A DNA stretch of 64,000 nucleotides from Candidatus Woesearchaeota archaeon (GTDB taxonomy: Archaea > Nanobdellota > Nanobdellia > Woesearchaeales > 21-14-0-10-32-9). The notes under the pieces were generated by a model. It had not been told where the DNA came from. It saw only the letters and a list, made by a program, of their open reading frames with translations, and ran no database searches. The translations under genes were made by a program, and so were the position numbers. Each line of letters begins with the position of its first letter. Position 1 is the first letter of the stretch. Where the stretch lies: positions 1,419 through 65,418 of the forward strand of contig JAIPHP010000003.1 in NCBI GenBank assembly GCA_021735165.1, read 5' to 3'. Below, in pieces: positions 9,575-20,363 of the stretch.

Positions 9575-10885
9575 ATGATAGAAATAATTCCTGTAGGGGG
9601 ATACAGCGAAATAGGAAGAAACTGCACAATCGTTAAATGGAAAGACGAAGCAGTAATGCTCGATTTAGGGTTGATGATGGAAAATTATGTTCCAATACAA
9701 GAAGAAAATGAAAAAATGCCATTAGACCTCTTAATAAGGGAGCAAGCAGTTCCAGATCTTGACGCAGTACGCGAAGAATTAAAGTACATAAAAGGAATAA
9801 TAATAAGCCATGCACACCTAGATCATATAGGCGCAATACCGCACTTCATAAACAAAATAAAAGCACCCATATACGGAACAAAATTCACCATCGAAATAAT
9901 AAAAGCAATCCTTGATGATAAAAAAACAAAAACAGGCACTAAACTAATAACAAAAAAAACAAACAGCCAATTTAAAGTCTCTAAAAACCTCAAAATACAA
10001 TTTATACACGTAACACACTCAACACCACAATCAGTTATAATTGCAGTACACACACCAGAAGGCACAGTAGTATACGCTAACGATTTTAAATTTGATGAAG
10101 ACCCAGTCTTAGGAGAAAAAACCAACTTTCAAGCACTTAGTAAGCTAAAAAATGTGAAAGCACTAATAATAGATTCATTATATTCTCAAAGTCAAGGAAA
10201 AGCGACTTCAGAAGCAGAGGCAAAAAAACAACTAGAAATAGTTATGCAAGAAAACAATCACAAAAACAAAAACTTAGTAATAACAACATTTTCATCACAA
10301 ATAGCAAGACTTAAAACAATAACAGAAATAACAAAAAAAATAGGTCGGACTCCAGTATTTGTTGGAAGAAGTATGAACAAATATATAACTGCAGCAAAAA
10401 AAGCAAACTTAACAGACTTGACAAAAAAAGCAGAAATAATAAAATACGGATCAGCAATAGAAAAATACTTCAAACAAAACAAAATCACAACAGACAAAGT
10501 CTTCATAGTAACAGGTCATCAGGGAGAACCAAGGTCTGTATTAAGCAGAATGAGCAAAGGAAAATTTTTCCCCTTCAATGACCAAGATACAATAATATTT
10601 TCTTGCAAAATAATACCCACAGAAGAATGCTTTCAAAATAGAGAAAAATTAGAAATCGAACTTAAAGCAAGAAATTTAGAAATAATAAAAGACATACACG
10701 CATCAGGACACGCATACCAAGAAGATCACCAGCAATTAATAAAAACAATAAAACCAGAAAACATAATACCAACTCACGGAGACTTAGAAATGTTACAAGC
10801 ACAAAAACAAAACTGCAAAAAATTAGGATACAAAGACGAAAACATACACATACTTCAAAATTTCTCAAAAATATATCTTAAATAA
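9575..10885 (+). CDS. rnj: archaeal ribonuclease J
   Basis: GGYSEIGRN, SHAHLDHIG, VTHS, NDFKFD, TGHQGEP, HASGHA, PTHGD. Confidence 0.9.
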   Translation: MIEIIPVGGYSEIGRNCTIVKWKDEAVMLDLGLMMENYVPIQEENEKMPLDLLIREQAVPDLDAVREELKYIKGIIISHAHLDHIGAIPHFINKIKAPIYGTKFTIEIIKAILDDKKTKTGTKLITKKTNSQFKVSKNLKIQFIHVTHSTPQSVIIAVHTPEGTVVYANDFKFDEDPVLGEKTNFQALSKLKNVKALIIDSLYSQSQGKATSEAEAKKQLEIVMQENNHKNKNLVITTFSSQIARLKTITEITKKIGRTPVFVGRSMNKYITAAKKANLTDLTKKAEIIKYGSAIEKYFKQNKITTDKVFIVTGHQGEPRSVLSRMSKGKFFPFNDQDTIIFSCKIIPTEECFQNREKLEIELKARNLEIIKDIHASGHAYQEDHQQLIKTIKPENIIPTHGDLEMLQAQKQNCKKLGYKDENIHILQNFSKIYLK

Positions 10886-13427
10886 GATGTTCCACATCAT
10901 TTAATGTAGCTTTATTGCTAAGCGCGGGCTTAATATCAATTCCCGCAACAGCTTTCCTGTTTAAATAATCGCATACAAACTTATGTTCATCATAACATTT
11001 AGTACAAGAATGACATACATCATGTTGATAAGTCTTATATTCAATAAATTCCTTAATATCAGTTCTTAACATTTCTTTTTCTTCCATAATTTGACCAACA
11101 AGATGCTGAATGCCCTTATGGAAAATGTGATCCTTATCAAACCTAATTATCGGGGAAGTTTGCATAGGTCTGTGTTCATTATGAGGAATAACAAAGCTCC
11201 CCTTTCCCTGAAAACCATAATAAAAAGCATTTTTATCAAGACTTGCATACAAATTCTCTATTTTTATTCCCATATTTTTTTCAACAACAGATTTGATAGT
11301 AAAATGATAAAAAAATAATTGAGCCATATATTTATGTTCAGGATAATGAGTAACTCTGTTTGTCTTAGTATCATTAATAAATAAATCAAAAGTATTCTCT
11401 CCTTTCTTAAGGAAAAGATAAACATCAGGATGCAATGAAACAGAAAACTCTTGCATGCTATGCTTTCCAGGAAACTTAAATTTAGTTGCAAATGTCGTCT
11501 CAGAATAATTATCAGAGCTAACAGGTTCAATTCCTGCTTTCTCTAAAGTTTGATAATGAACTAAATCAGGATAAGGCTCAGTTGTCAATGCATGAATAGC
11601 AGTTCCTCTCATAGCAAAAATACTGTTAAAACTATCTGAATCTCTATATTTTAAAAAATTATCTTTAGTAAAGTCTCCTATGTAATTCAATGCCTTTTTT
11701 ATCAAGGCATTTCGTGTCTCAATCGGAATAGTTCCTATAATTTTCTCTAAAGTGCAACCAACATATGCATTTCCTTCAAACAATTCATCAAAATATTGAT
11801 TAGAGAACTTAGGAGATGTCGGGAGTGAAAGTTCAGAGCCTCTGAAATCAGAAATAACGCTGATGTCTCTTCCTGGAACTTCGTCTAATTCAAAGATATC
11901 TATGCCACTTGTAATATTATCTTTTAACTTATCAGGCGTTAATATCTTTTTATCCTTAAATTCAGGAAACCACCTAACATTTTCTTTATTATCTTTTCTG
12001 AAACCATCATATATGCTCTTATTATTTCCAAAAATAATTGCAAGTCTTGGTTCTTTTCTGCTCCAACCAATTCTATGAGTATAAGAAAATCTGTCAATAA
12101 GCTCAAGATGAATCTTTCCCAAATCATAATCATTAGGTTTCTTAAACAAATAATCAATAAGAGCGTGTCCATTAGGCCATTTATTTTCGGTTCCCTTTTC
12201 AAGAAGCATCCAGGGATACTTAGGAAGCGAAACGAATTCAATTAAATTATCCGGCTTTTTAATTGATATCTGTAAACTTTTTCTCTTAAACTTTTTAGTG
12301 TATTGCATATGCATATTATCAATCATGCCAAAAAGACGTCCCATTGCTCTCGGTTCACATATGCCAAGTTTTGGCATGTCAAGACCATTAAGAGGGCCAT
12401 ATTCTCCTCCTGTATTTTTCAAACGAGGCTTGCCATTCACAGGATTAAGCAATTTTGAAGAAGCTTTATTAACAGCTCTTTGCATAATCTCAAAACTTGA
12501 ACTTGTCTTTTCCATATGAATTGGTATGCCATTAAAACCAAGTCTTGAAAAATTATCAAAACAATAATCATGCACATTATCAATAATATTTCCGAAAGTT
12601 AAAGACATAACTTCAAGACTCGCCTCAACTTCCAATTTCATACGTTCTAAAGCAAATTCAGGATTAAACTTCACAGGATCATAATTTTCTGCAAACATAT
12701 CCGGAGCTAGAGAATACTTCTTTTCTAATTCTTTCTTAGATAAAAGCTCAGGTTTAAACCAAGAATTTCCAACTTTAGGAGAAACATCATCGAATTTTTC
12801 CATCGACCCATACTTAACATTTCCAGAAGCATCATCATTTATTTTTTCTATTTGAGACTTAAGAACTTCTTGCAAACCAAAACCCTTGTCTGTAAAAATA
12901 GGTTTTTGAATCCACACTTCAGGCTGAACATAAACAAGACGAAGCTTTTCAACAAATTCCCTATCAAAACCCAATGAATTCATAGATTCAATAAATATTG
13001 TGCTAAAAAGATGCAAATTACTATATGGATCAAGACCTAATTTTTCATTACTATAAGGGGTAGCAATAGAAGTTCCAGCAATAAAAATGGGATAAGTATC
13101 ATAAAAAATATTTTCTTTGTCTTGATTTTTATTAGAAAAATAATAAAACTGCTCCATATGTCTTATTTGACGCCCCATTTTTTTTATTGAAGAATGTCCA
13201 AATTCATTATCTTTCAAATACAATTTATTTTCTATTTGGTCAATAACTATATTTTCAAGAGTTAGTTTAGGATATTTTTTACTTTTTAACTTCGCCTTAT
13301 TTTTGCTTATTTTGCTAAGAAATGTTTGAGGACTCAATTCTTTACTGGAAGGATCAATAAACAAATGCTGAATAGCTGCAAGCGTATAAAACCTTTTAAC
13401 CACAAAACTAGTATCTATTTCCCCCAT
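10878..13427 (-). CDS. large protein with C-terminal PD-(D/E)XK (Cas4/RecB-like) nuclease domain
   Basis: RGTAIH...HPDVY...INDTKT...AQLFFY...CHSCTKC; likely start is the ATG at 13427 (track ORF begins at 13466). Confidence 0.7.
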   Translation of the reverse strand: MGEIDTSFVVKRFYTLAAIQHLFIDPSSKELSPQTFLSKISKNKAKLKSKKYPKLTLENIVIDQIENKLYLKDNEFGHSSIKKMGRQIRHMEQFYYFSNKNQDKENIFYDTYPIFIAGTSIATPYSNEKLGLDPYSNLHLFSTIFIESMNSLGFDREFVEKLRLVYVQPEVWIQKPIFTDKGFGLQEVLKSQIEKINDDASGNVKYGSMEKFDDVSPKVGNSWFKPELLSKKELEKKYSLAPDMFAENYDPVKFNPEFALERMKLEVEASLEVMSLTFGNIIDNVHDYCFDNFSRLGFNGIPIHMEKTSSSFEIMQRAVNKASSKLLNPVNGKPRLKNTGGEYGPLNGLDMPKLGICEPRAMGRLFGMIDNMHMQYTKKFKRKSLQISIKKPDNLIEFVSLPKYPWMLLEKGTENKWPNGHALIDYLFKKPNDYDLGKIHLELIDRFSYTHRIGWSRKEPRLAIIFGNNKSIYDGFRKDNKENVRWFPEFKDKKILTPDKLKDNITSGIDIFELDEVPGRDISVISDFRGSELSLPTSPKFSNQYFDELFEGNAYVGCTLEKIIGTIPIETRNALIKKALNYIGDFTKDNFLKYRDSDSFNSIFAMRGTAIHALTTEPYPDLVHYQTLEKAGIEPVSSDNYSETTFATKFKFPGKHSMQEFSVSLHPDVYLFLKKGENTFDLFINDTKTNRVTHYPEHKYMAQLFFYHFTIKSVVEKNMGIKIENLYASLDKNAFYYGFQGKGSFVIPHNEHRPMQTSPIIRFDKDHIFHKGIQHLVGQIMEEKEMLRTDIKEFIEYKTYQHDVCHSCTKCYDEHKFVCDYLNRKAVAGIDIKPALSNKATLNDVEHLI

Positions 13428-13482
13428 TTTTAAAAGAAAAACAACACAATATATAAAAGTTATCAAGTGTTTCTATTAATAA

Positions 13483-16179
13483 ATGGTCACAAATTTCGTT
13501 ACGTATTTCGAATCAGACAAATCCCTTGAAGGAAGATTAAATTCCTTAGTAGATATAGCGGTATGGGATTATGATGAAAAAACTGAAAAATTTTCAGAAA
13601 ATGACTGGTATAAAATAAAAATACCAAACAAAATATCAACTCCTTTTCTAAAAAATCAAAACAGAAAAGAACTTCTAACAGCAGTAAATAGTTTTCGAGA
13701 AAAAATAGAAGACAAATATGTTCAAGAAATTTCTAATATCCAAAAATCACTCGAAAAAAAAATGCCAAAAAAACAAAAAGATGCAAAACAAGAAAAAATG
13801 TTCTTAATAGAAAGATTTCTAGAGAACATAAACGAAGAAATAAAATTACTAGGACCCTTTGGAAATGGAAACTATGAATCATACAACGTCATAATGCCTC
13901 CGATAGAGAAAATGATGGCGAAAACGTATCTATCAAAATACTTCCAATTTTTCAACTCAACAAATTACACTTTGCAAATAATGATGGAACTAAACTTTCC
14001 ATTCAACATAGTAGAATTTCATGATGGAAAAATAAAATTTACTAAAAAAAGAATGGAAATTGATACTTTGTTAAAAGCGCCAATATATTATTTAGATTAC
14101 GAAGCAACAGATTACAAAAAATATTCCATGACAGAAAAATTAACAGGAATGAACAGAGATGAACTAGAAAATACTTTCATAAAATTTGCTAAAGTCTACA
14201 ATTACAAGTTAGTACATAACGATTTTTCAAGTATGAATAGAAAAGACTTCATACAAGGAATAAATAGCATACTAGACTCGAAAAGAAACGAAAGGCTTAC
14301 AGGAGCAGTATTTGGAAGTCTTGATACAGGAGAACAAAAACTAATAACTTCAATAAAATCAGGAAAAGATAAAATAATTATTGATAATCCTTGGAATGAA
14401 GAAAAACATGAATTTGAAATAATAACTGTAAAAGACCAATTTGAACAAACAAAATATTTAAATAAAAACTTTAAAGGATTATTCATCGCCGGATTCTACC
14501 ATTTATTCTATGATTATTTAGCCGGAGAAAAATTTACAGGAATACAGAATTTTGGTATGCGAGGAAAAAAAGCAAAATTCAAAGGACAAATAATAGATTA
14601 CCGGCAAACAAGAATGCTACCAGGACGAATAGATGTAGACCCTTCGTCATGCAGTCAAAAAATAATGAAGAATCCAAGCAATAAAATGGATGCAGTTGGA
14701 GAAGATGTATCAGGAATAAAAACAAAAAAGAAACACAACCACGAAGAACTTGAAATAATAACTCACAGAGCACTAAATGGAGATTTAAAAGCAGCAATCG
14801 AATTTCTTAAATATACAGCAATCGACGGATTAAAAACAGGAAAAATAGTTCGAGATTTATTACCAGAACACTTGCACTTATTTAGAATCTTTAACTCGAT
14901 AGGATATAGGATAGACGCAACAGGAATAAACTCTTTAACAGAAGAATTCTGGTACATGAACCATTTTAAAAGAAACAAAGCATATCCTTTTGAATCTATA
15001 AAAAGTTTCAAAGCACCAATATTTGAAGAAGAAATAAAATACAAAGATTATAAAATACAAAATTTAACAGCAGATTATTTTAAATTTCAAAATCATAAAA
15101 TAGAAACAAAAAAGGGTTTAAAAAACGCATACTTAGTAGACTTTTTTCCTTTAACAAGTTCATTTAAAAGTCTGCTTCGTAAAGATAAGGATGTTGAAAA
15201 CTTCTATAAGTTTGCAAGCACATCAAAAGATGAAAAACTAAAAGCAAGGGCATACAGATGGATAGAACAATTAGCAAAATACCCTTACTTTTACAGTCAA
15301 AAACACAAGGAAGCATGGAAATTTAACAAGCACTTTGGAATACATAGAAACGAAAAGGAAATAGAAGAAATAAACACGGAATTAATGAGTTACTTTAACA
15401 AAGTACAAGCACTATTTGAAGACTGTCCTCCCATAAATTATAACGGAGAAAGCATTTTATTATCAGAAAATATTTCAGAAGAAGAATTAAAAGAGCGTAT
15501 GAAACCACTTGGAATAATAAAAGGAAAAGGACCATTTATTTCAGGAACAAAAGGTAGATTTGCAGGAAACATAAATGGACAATTAATTATGCAAGGAATA
15601 GCAGATTTTAACTCAAAAAAAGGAGAAAGAAATATATTTGAAAAAGATATATATAATAAATTCTTTGAAACAATATTGTTTGAAAATAATCTTGAAGAAG
15701 CTTTGAAATATGTTTTTAACAGAATAGAACAATTTCACAAAGGAAATTTAACTAAAGAAGAATTAATCTATGAAAAAATAGCAAAAAAAGACCATACAGA
15801 CTACGCAATTAGTGCAACCGCTCCATTTATAGACGCATTTATAGAACGCCAAGTAATGAAAGGAGATGAAGTTAGATATGAGTATAATTATGAAAGACTA
15901 TTAAAAAAATTTTTTGGAATGGAAGAAGTTGAATTTTCAAACAAAACTCAGTCTTCATTATCAATTGAAAATACTCCCCAAAAAATATGTGATTATAATT
16001 CTTCTTGTGAATGTAAACATTACAAGTTTCATCCTGAACAAGGAACTATAAGTAGAATAATAAACTGGGTCTTTCCAGTACACGAAAACACCCTGGAAAA
16101 AAATGTAGTTGCTAGTGCTTATCTTAATGGAGAATCAAATGAGTTGGTCAAAAAAATAATTTGTTCTCACAAAAATTGA
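13483..16179 (+). CDS. highly diverged family-B DNA polymerase-like protein; exonuclease motifs retained, polymerase motifs degenerate
   Basis: ExoI-like LDYEA, ExoII-like IAGFYHLFYD, ExoIII-like KYTAID, motif A-like VDFFPLTSS, motif C-like NYNGES, thumb-like region ending LTKEELIYEK...DY. Confidence 0.65.
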   Translation: MVTNFVTYFESDKSLEGRLNSLVDIAVWDYDEKTEKFSENDWYKIKIPNKISTPFLKNQNRKELLTAVNSFREKIEDKYVQEISNIQKSLEKKMPKKQKDAKQEKMFLIERFLENINEEIKLLGPFGNGNYESYNVIMPPIEKMMAKTYLSKYFQFFNSTNYTLQIMMELNFPFNIVEFHDGKIKFTKKRMEIDTLLKAPIYYLDYEATDYKKYSMTEKLTGMNRDELENTFIKFAKVYNYKLVHNDFSSMNRKDFIQGINSILDSKRNERLTGAVFGSLDTGEQKLITSIKSGKDKIIIDNPWNEEKHEFEIITVKDQFEQTKYLNKNFKGLFIAGFYHLFYDYLAGEKFTGIQNFGMRGKKAKFKGQIIDYRQTRMLPGRIDVDPSSCSQKIMKNPSNKMDAVGEDVSGIKTKKKHNHEELEIITHRALNGDLKAAIEFLKYTAIDGLKTGKIVRDLLPEHLHLFRIFNSIGYRIDATGINSLTEEFWYMNHFKRNKAYPFESIKSFKAPIFEEEIKYKDYKIQNLTADYFKFQNHKIETKKGLKNAYLVDFFPLTSSFKSLLRKDKDVENFYKFASTSKDEKLKARAYRWIEQLAKYPYFYSQKHKEAWKFNKHFGIHRNEKEIEEINTELMSYFNKVQALFEDCPPINYNGESILLSENISEEELKERMKPLGIIKGKGPFISGTKGRFAGNINGQLIMQGIADFNSKKGERNIFEKDIYNKFFETILFENNLEEALKYVFNRIEQFHKGNLTKEELIYEKIAKKDHTDYAISATAPFIDAFIERQVMKGDEVRYEYNYERLLKKFFGMEEVEFSNKTQSSLSIENTPQKICDYNSSCECKHYKFHPEQGTISRIINWVFPVHENTLEKNVVASAYLNGESNELVKKIICSHKN

Positions 16180-16311
16180 TAAACATATATAATAACAAGA
16201 AAATACGACTTTTTTACTATACTGAAGATAAATATTTTATGTCAATCAACAAAAAGCAAAAAAGTATATAAAGAACAACAAATTATTAGCACTAATGAGG
16301 AGGATAAAATA

Positions 16312-17055
16312 ATGAAATTCACACTCGCAGAACCAAAACTACTAAAAGAAAGTATTGCAATCATATCAGAATTAGTAACTGAAACCAGACTGCATGCAAC
16401 TAAAGACATGCTACAAATAATAGCAATGGACCCTGCAAACGTAGCAATGGTAATCTTCAAAATGCCATCAAGCTCATTTGTAGAATACAAGCTAGAAGAA
16501 GACACAACAATCGCAATAAACATGGCAAGCTTAAAACAAATACTAAGAAGAGCAAAACCAAAAGACGTGCTAAGCATAGAAACAACAGAAAATAAACTAA
16601 AATTAACACTAAAAGAAAAAAACACAAGAACCTTTGAATTACCACTAATAGACATAGACGAAAAAGATCAAAAAATACCAAAACTAAGTGCAAAGGCAAC
16701 TATAACAATGAAAAGCACGATATTTAATGATGCAATAGAAGACGTAGACATAGTATCAGAATCAGTAACTCTAATAGCACAAAAAGACAAACTATCAATA
16801 TCCGCGTCAGGAGACCTAACAAAAGCAGAAGTAGAAATAAATCCTAATGATGATGTAAAAATACAAATAGACGAAGAAGAACCACAAAGAAGCAAATACT
16901 CTGTAGAATACTTAAAAAAAATGATGCAAGGATCAAAACTATCAGAAACAGTAACCATAAAATTCTCAAAAGATTATCCAATAACAATAGAATACAAAGA
17001 AATAGACAAACTAGAACTAAGCTTTATACTAGCACCTAGAGTTGACAATGATTAA
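16312..17055 (+). CDS. pcn: proliferating cell nuclear antigen (DNA sliding clamp)
   Basis: AMDPANVAMV, SKYSVEYLKKM, C-terminal FILAPR; 247 aa; GAGG RBS. Confidence 0.97.
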   Translation: MKFTLAEPKLLKESIAIISELVTETRLHATKDMLQIIAMDPANVAMVIFKMPSSSFVEYKLEEDTTIAINMASLKQILRRAKPKDVLSIETTENKLKLTLKEKNTRTFELPLIDIDEKDQKIPKLSAKATITMKSTIFNDAIEDVDIVSESVTLIAQKDKLSISASGDLTKAEVEINPNDDVKIQIDEEEPQRSKYSVEYLKKMMQGSKLSETVTIKFSKDYPITIEYKEIDKLELSFILAPRVDND

Positions 17056-17056
17056 T
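17032..17056 (+). repeat. left direct repeat (attL/TSD), 3' end of PCNA
   Basis: GCACCTAGAGTTGACAATGATTAAT, identical to 40642-40666. Confidence 0.95.
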
Positions 17057-17479
17057 AGGTACAGTTCAGGACTATAGAGCCAGGGTATAAAACTGGCTAA
17101 TTCCTTTGTTTTTCGTCTATAGAGTACGCCTAATTGTTTATGAAGTTCTCCCATTGTTCTTTAAAGGGAGCGTTTTTCTATATAAAACTTGTCGCTCAGG
17201 ACTAGTTTCCATTACAAACTTATACTTTCGGATAACATCTGGATGAAGTATAATAATGTCTAGTGATGAATAAGTTTTAACTCTGTTTTCTTTAGTAACA
17301 TTTACGCTAATAAAATAATATAAAGAAAGAAAGTTCTATTCTAGTTATCAGAAAATAATAACTTCAAGATGTAAGTTTCTTTATTTATTTTTTGATGTGA
17401 TTAAGTTTTGCCTCACAGAAGGCTTTGGAGCACAGACTCTTTTCTAAGATAGAAAACATACTGCAAAGGAGGTAAAACT

Positions 17480-17914
17480 ATGAAACAGATAAAAAGAAAG
17501 GACTTTACACAAGAGTTCATAATTAAAATAGTAAATCCACGAAAGATTGGAAATCAATGGACAGGTTATATTTCAACAATTCATGCAGCTAATTTCTTTG
17601 GTAAAGATCTAGAAGTATTTCCAATGAGGTACAGAGATGAAGATGAGAACCTTGGTCTTGCATATTATACAGAGATGCCATCTGATTATTATTACAGACC
17701 ATACAAAGTCTACAAGCTAAAGAAAAATTACAAGTTAGCAAATGGCGAGACAAAAACAACCTGGAGTTATTGTATTCCCATTCCTGCAAAGATGATGGTA
17801 GATGTAGGAATATCTAAGCATGATCCAAGAAAACATCTTACTATAACTGGAGGTATCCTTGAGGATGGTTCAAGAGTAATACTTGTGCAAAAGTATAAGC
17901 TAGAGGCTAAGTGA
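17480..17914 (+). CDS. hypothetical protein, possible AbrB/MazE-like DNA-binding protein
   Basis: GGAGGT RBS; SYCIPIPAKMMVDVGI resembles the AbrB xITIPkexrexLGI pattern. Confidence 0.5.
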   Translation: MKQIKRKDFTQEFIIKIVNPRKIGNQWTGYISTIHAANFFGKDLEVFPMRYRDEDENLGLAYYTEMPSDYYYRPYKVYKLKKNYKLANGETKTTWSYCIPIPAKMMVDVGISKHDPRKHLTITGGILEDGSRVILVQKYKLEAK

Positions 17915-18010
17915 TAATTTCGCTAATAAATCGCGGGAATCATGTATGTCTTACCCTGAAAAAGTCCAATGTTTCCCGCAGATGATTCGAATTTATGGAA
18001 GTTATAGAAG

Positions 18011-20074
18011 ATGAAGAATAATATTGAAGATATAAGGTCTAAATTATTGAATCTTATGATGAATTGTCCTATTGTTGGGACTTCTGATGAAATTCATATG
18101 GAGATGAATAAATTTATTTATAGATTAATTCCTAATGATGCTGATAATAATTTAAAAGTTCTATCAGATATTAAACAACACATTCTTTCAATTAGAGAAA
18201 AACATAAGGATGAAGATATTCTTCTTGAAACTTTTAATTTTATTGATAGTTATTTAGGTTGTAAAAATTCTTTTTCTGATTTTGATAAAACTTCTAATGT
18301 TCCTAATTCTTTTTTAGATGCTTTAACTATGGTTGAGGGAGATAGAATAATTAGATCAGATAAACAATTTAATCAGTCTCAACTTAAAACAATTGCATTA
18401 CATTGTTATAATGAAATTAAAAGTTTATGTTTTACAATTTCTAGAGGGACAATATTAAAAGGTAAAATGGTTGGTGTATTAAGGAATGGAACTAAAGTAA
18501 AAATTCCTGTTATGACTTTGTATCAAGTTTCTGGAGGAGATAATCCTCAATACGCTCCTTATCTTTTTACAGATGCTCCGTCGAGAAAAAGAGTGTCAAG
18601 AGAATTGGCAGGGTATTTTTATATCTATAAATTTGTGAGTGAATCAGATGAACTTTTTATTGTTCTAAGTCAAAAGAAATTAGATCTTAGAAGATATGAA
18701 ATTGAAGGTAATGTCTTTGAAGTTAAAGATTCTAGTTTGATTGCTGAGACAAGTAAGATTCCTGTTAAGTCTAAAGTATTCTTCTTACATACTGCAAAGT
18801 CTGTTGTTACAAAACTAAAGAACCATGATGAGTTATTTTCTTTCTGTAAAGATAAGGGTGTAACTGCAGACAGAATGCTAAATTATATTGTTTCAATTAA
18901 TGATGATGGAAAAATTAAGATGTTTCTTCATCCTTTATGGTTTTTGCAATTATTATTCATATTTCTTATTCATGCTAAAAAAGGAGAAACCGATAAGTTT
19001 CCTCTTCATCTGCTTTGGATAGCTGATAGGGGTACTGGTAAAACCACTTGTCTTGAGGCAATAGTTCAAAAGTTTGGAGAGAAGATTATTGATGGATCTA
19101 CATCAACTCTCAAATATCTAATTCCAAGTTTTAAGGAAAGAAATAATCCTGAAATTGGTGCTTTAGCTGTTGCTGTTTTTATTGTTGGACTTGATGAATT
19201 TCTTAGAATGTTTTTCAAAGGAAAAAATGATGAAAGAAATATTGATGCTGCAAGAATGAATATTCTTCTTGAACATAAAGAACGTGCAGCAGGTTCAGGT
19301 CATGGAGCAACTATTGTTAAAATGACGGCAAGATTAATTGCTACAACTAATCCAGTTGCAGGAACAAATAATATCTATAATCTCTTAGATAAAGTTGATG
19401 ATAGTTTTCTTAGTAGAATGCTTATTTATTATCAGTTGCCTGAACATCAAGAGTTTATCAATGAGTCAAAAAAGAAGAGATATACTAAATCTGATTTTTG
19501 GCTTGATGAAGATGATTTTATTTCAATTATTGAATATCTGTCATGTTTTGAGGCTAGTTATGATTGGGATGAGTTGATTAAGTTATATGAATTGTTTAGT
19601 CTGCCATTAAGTGAAGAAGTTAAAGGGATGTATGAAGCTAGATATCTTCATCATCTTGAATGTATGCTTGATGGTGTTGTGAAAATGAGATGTCTTTTTG
19701 AGGGGGATAATAGTTTTACTGCTAAACCTGAAGATTATAAACTTCTTGAGTTTATCTTTGGAAAGATTATTTCTTCTTGGTTTGGAGACACAAGAGATTT
19801 AGTTTTGAATTTGAGTATTCCTGCAGAGAATAGAGTTAATTATCTTCCTGAACAGGCAAAGGTAATTTTGGATGTGTTAGGTCGTATTGGTTTTAAGACT
19901 AAGATTGAAGAGCTGAAAAAGGCGTGCCGATCAGAGATGAAAGAAAGTGCATTTGCAAGTATGTTGAGTTTGTTAAAGACTGGACATTTCATTTTTGAGA
20001 CAGGTTCTGAAGTAGAGCATTATGCTTATCATACGGAGGAACAAAATGAAAGAAGATCATTACGAAAAACTTAA
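18011..20074 (+). CDS. MCM-like AAA+ helicase of a mobile element
   Basis: Walker A ADRGTGKTT, Walker B VGLDEF, sensor LIATTNP, Arg finger SFLSR, C-terminal wHTH-like segment. Confidence 0.82.
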   Translation: MKNNIEDIRSKLLNLMMNCPIVGTSDEIHMEMNKFIYRLIPNDADNNLKVLSDIKQHILSIREKHKDEDILLETFNFIDSYLGCKNSFSDFDKTSNVPNSFLDALTMVEGDRIIRSDKQFNQSQLKTIALHCYNEIKSLCFTISRGTILKGKMVGVLRNGTKVKIPVMTLYQVSGGDNPQYAPYLFTDAPSRKRVSRELAGYFYIYKFVSESDELFIVLSQKKLDLRRYEIEGNVFEVKDSSLIAETSKIPVKSKVFFLHTAKSVVTKLKNHDELFSFCKDKGVTADRMLNYIVSINDDGKIKMFLHPLWFLQLLFIFLIHAKKGETDKFPLHLLWIADRGTGKTTCLEAIVQKFGEKIIDGSTSTLKYLIPSFKERNNPEIGALAVAVFIVGLDEFLRMFFKGKNDERNIDAARMNILLEHKERAAGSGHGATIVKMTARLIATTNPVAGTNNIYNLLDKVDDSFLSRMLIYYQLPEHQEFINESKKKRYTKSDFWLDEDDFISIIEYLSCFEASYDWDELIKLYELFSLPLSEEVKGMYEARYLHHLECMLDGVVKMRCLFEGDNSFTAKPEDYKLLEFIFGKIISSWFGDTRDLVLNLSIPAENRVNYLPEQAKVILDVLGRIGFKTKIEELKKACRSEMKESAFASMLSLLKTGHFIFETGSEVEHYAYHTEEQNERRSLRKT

Positions 20075-20363
20075 TCTTTATGAAAGAAATAAAGAGGCAA
20101 GGCAAGCAAATCCCTGTATCAATCCAAACTGTGAAAATTTTGTTGATATTGGAAATCAATACAATATTTGTATTAGATGTTTTGAAATGTTAGTTGATTA
20201 TTATGGGTCAGAACATTTTATTTTTGATTATGTGACTAAACCTGCATTAAGAAGAATGCCTGTTGAACAATTAAAGAAAGTATTAGAGAAAGCAGAAAAA
20301 GAAAAACGAACTCTCAAAAATAAGAGATGGGGCATTTCTAACAGTCAAAAGAGGTGGGAATAG
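20046..20363 (+). CDS. small Zn-finger protein
   Basis: CINPNC...CIRC; likely start MKEDHY at 20046 after GGAGG. Confidence 0.65.
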   Translation: MKEDHYEKLNLYERNKEARQANPCINPNCENFVDIGNQYNICIRCFEMLVDYYGSEHFIFDYVTKPALRRMPVEQLKKVLEKAEKEKRTLKNKRWGISNSQKRWE

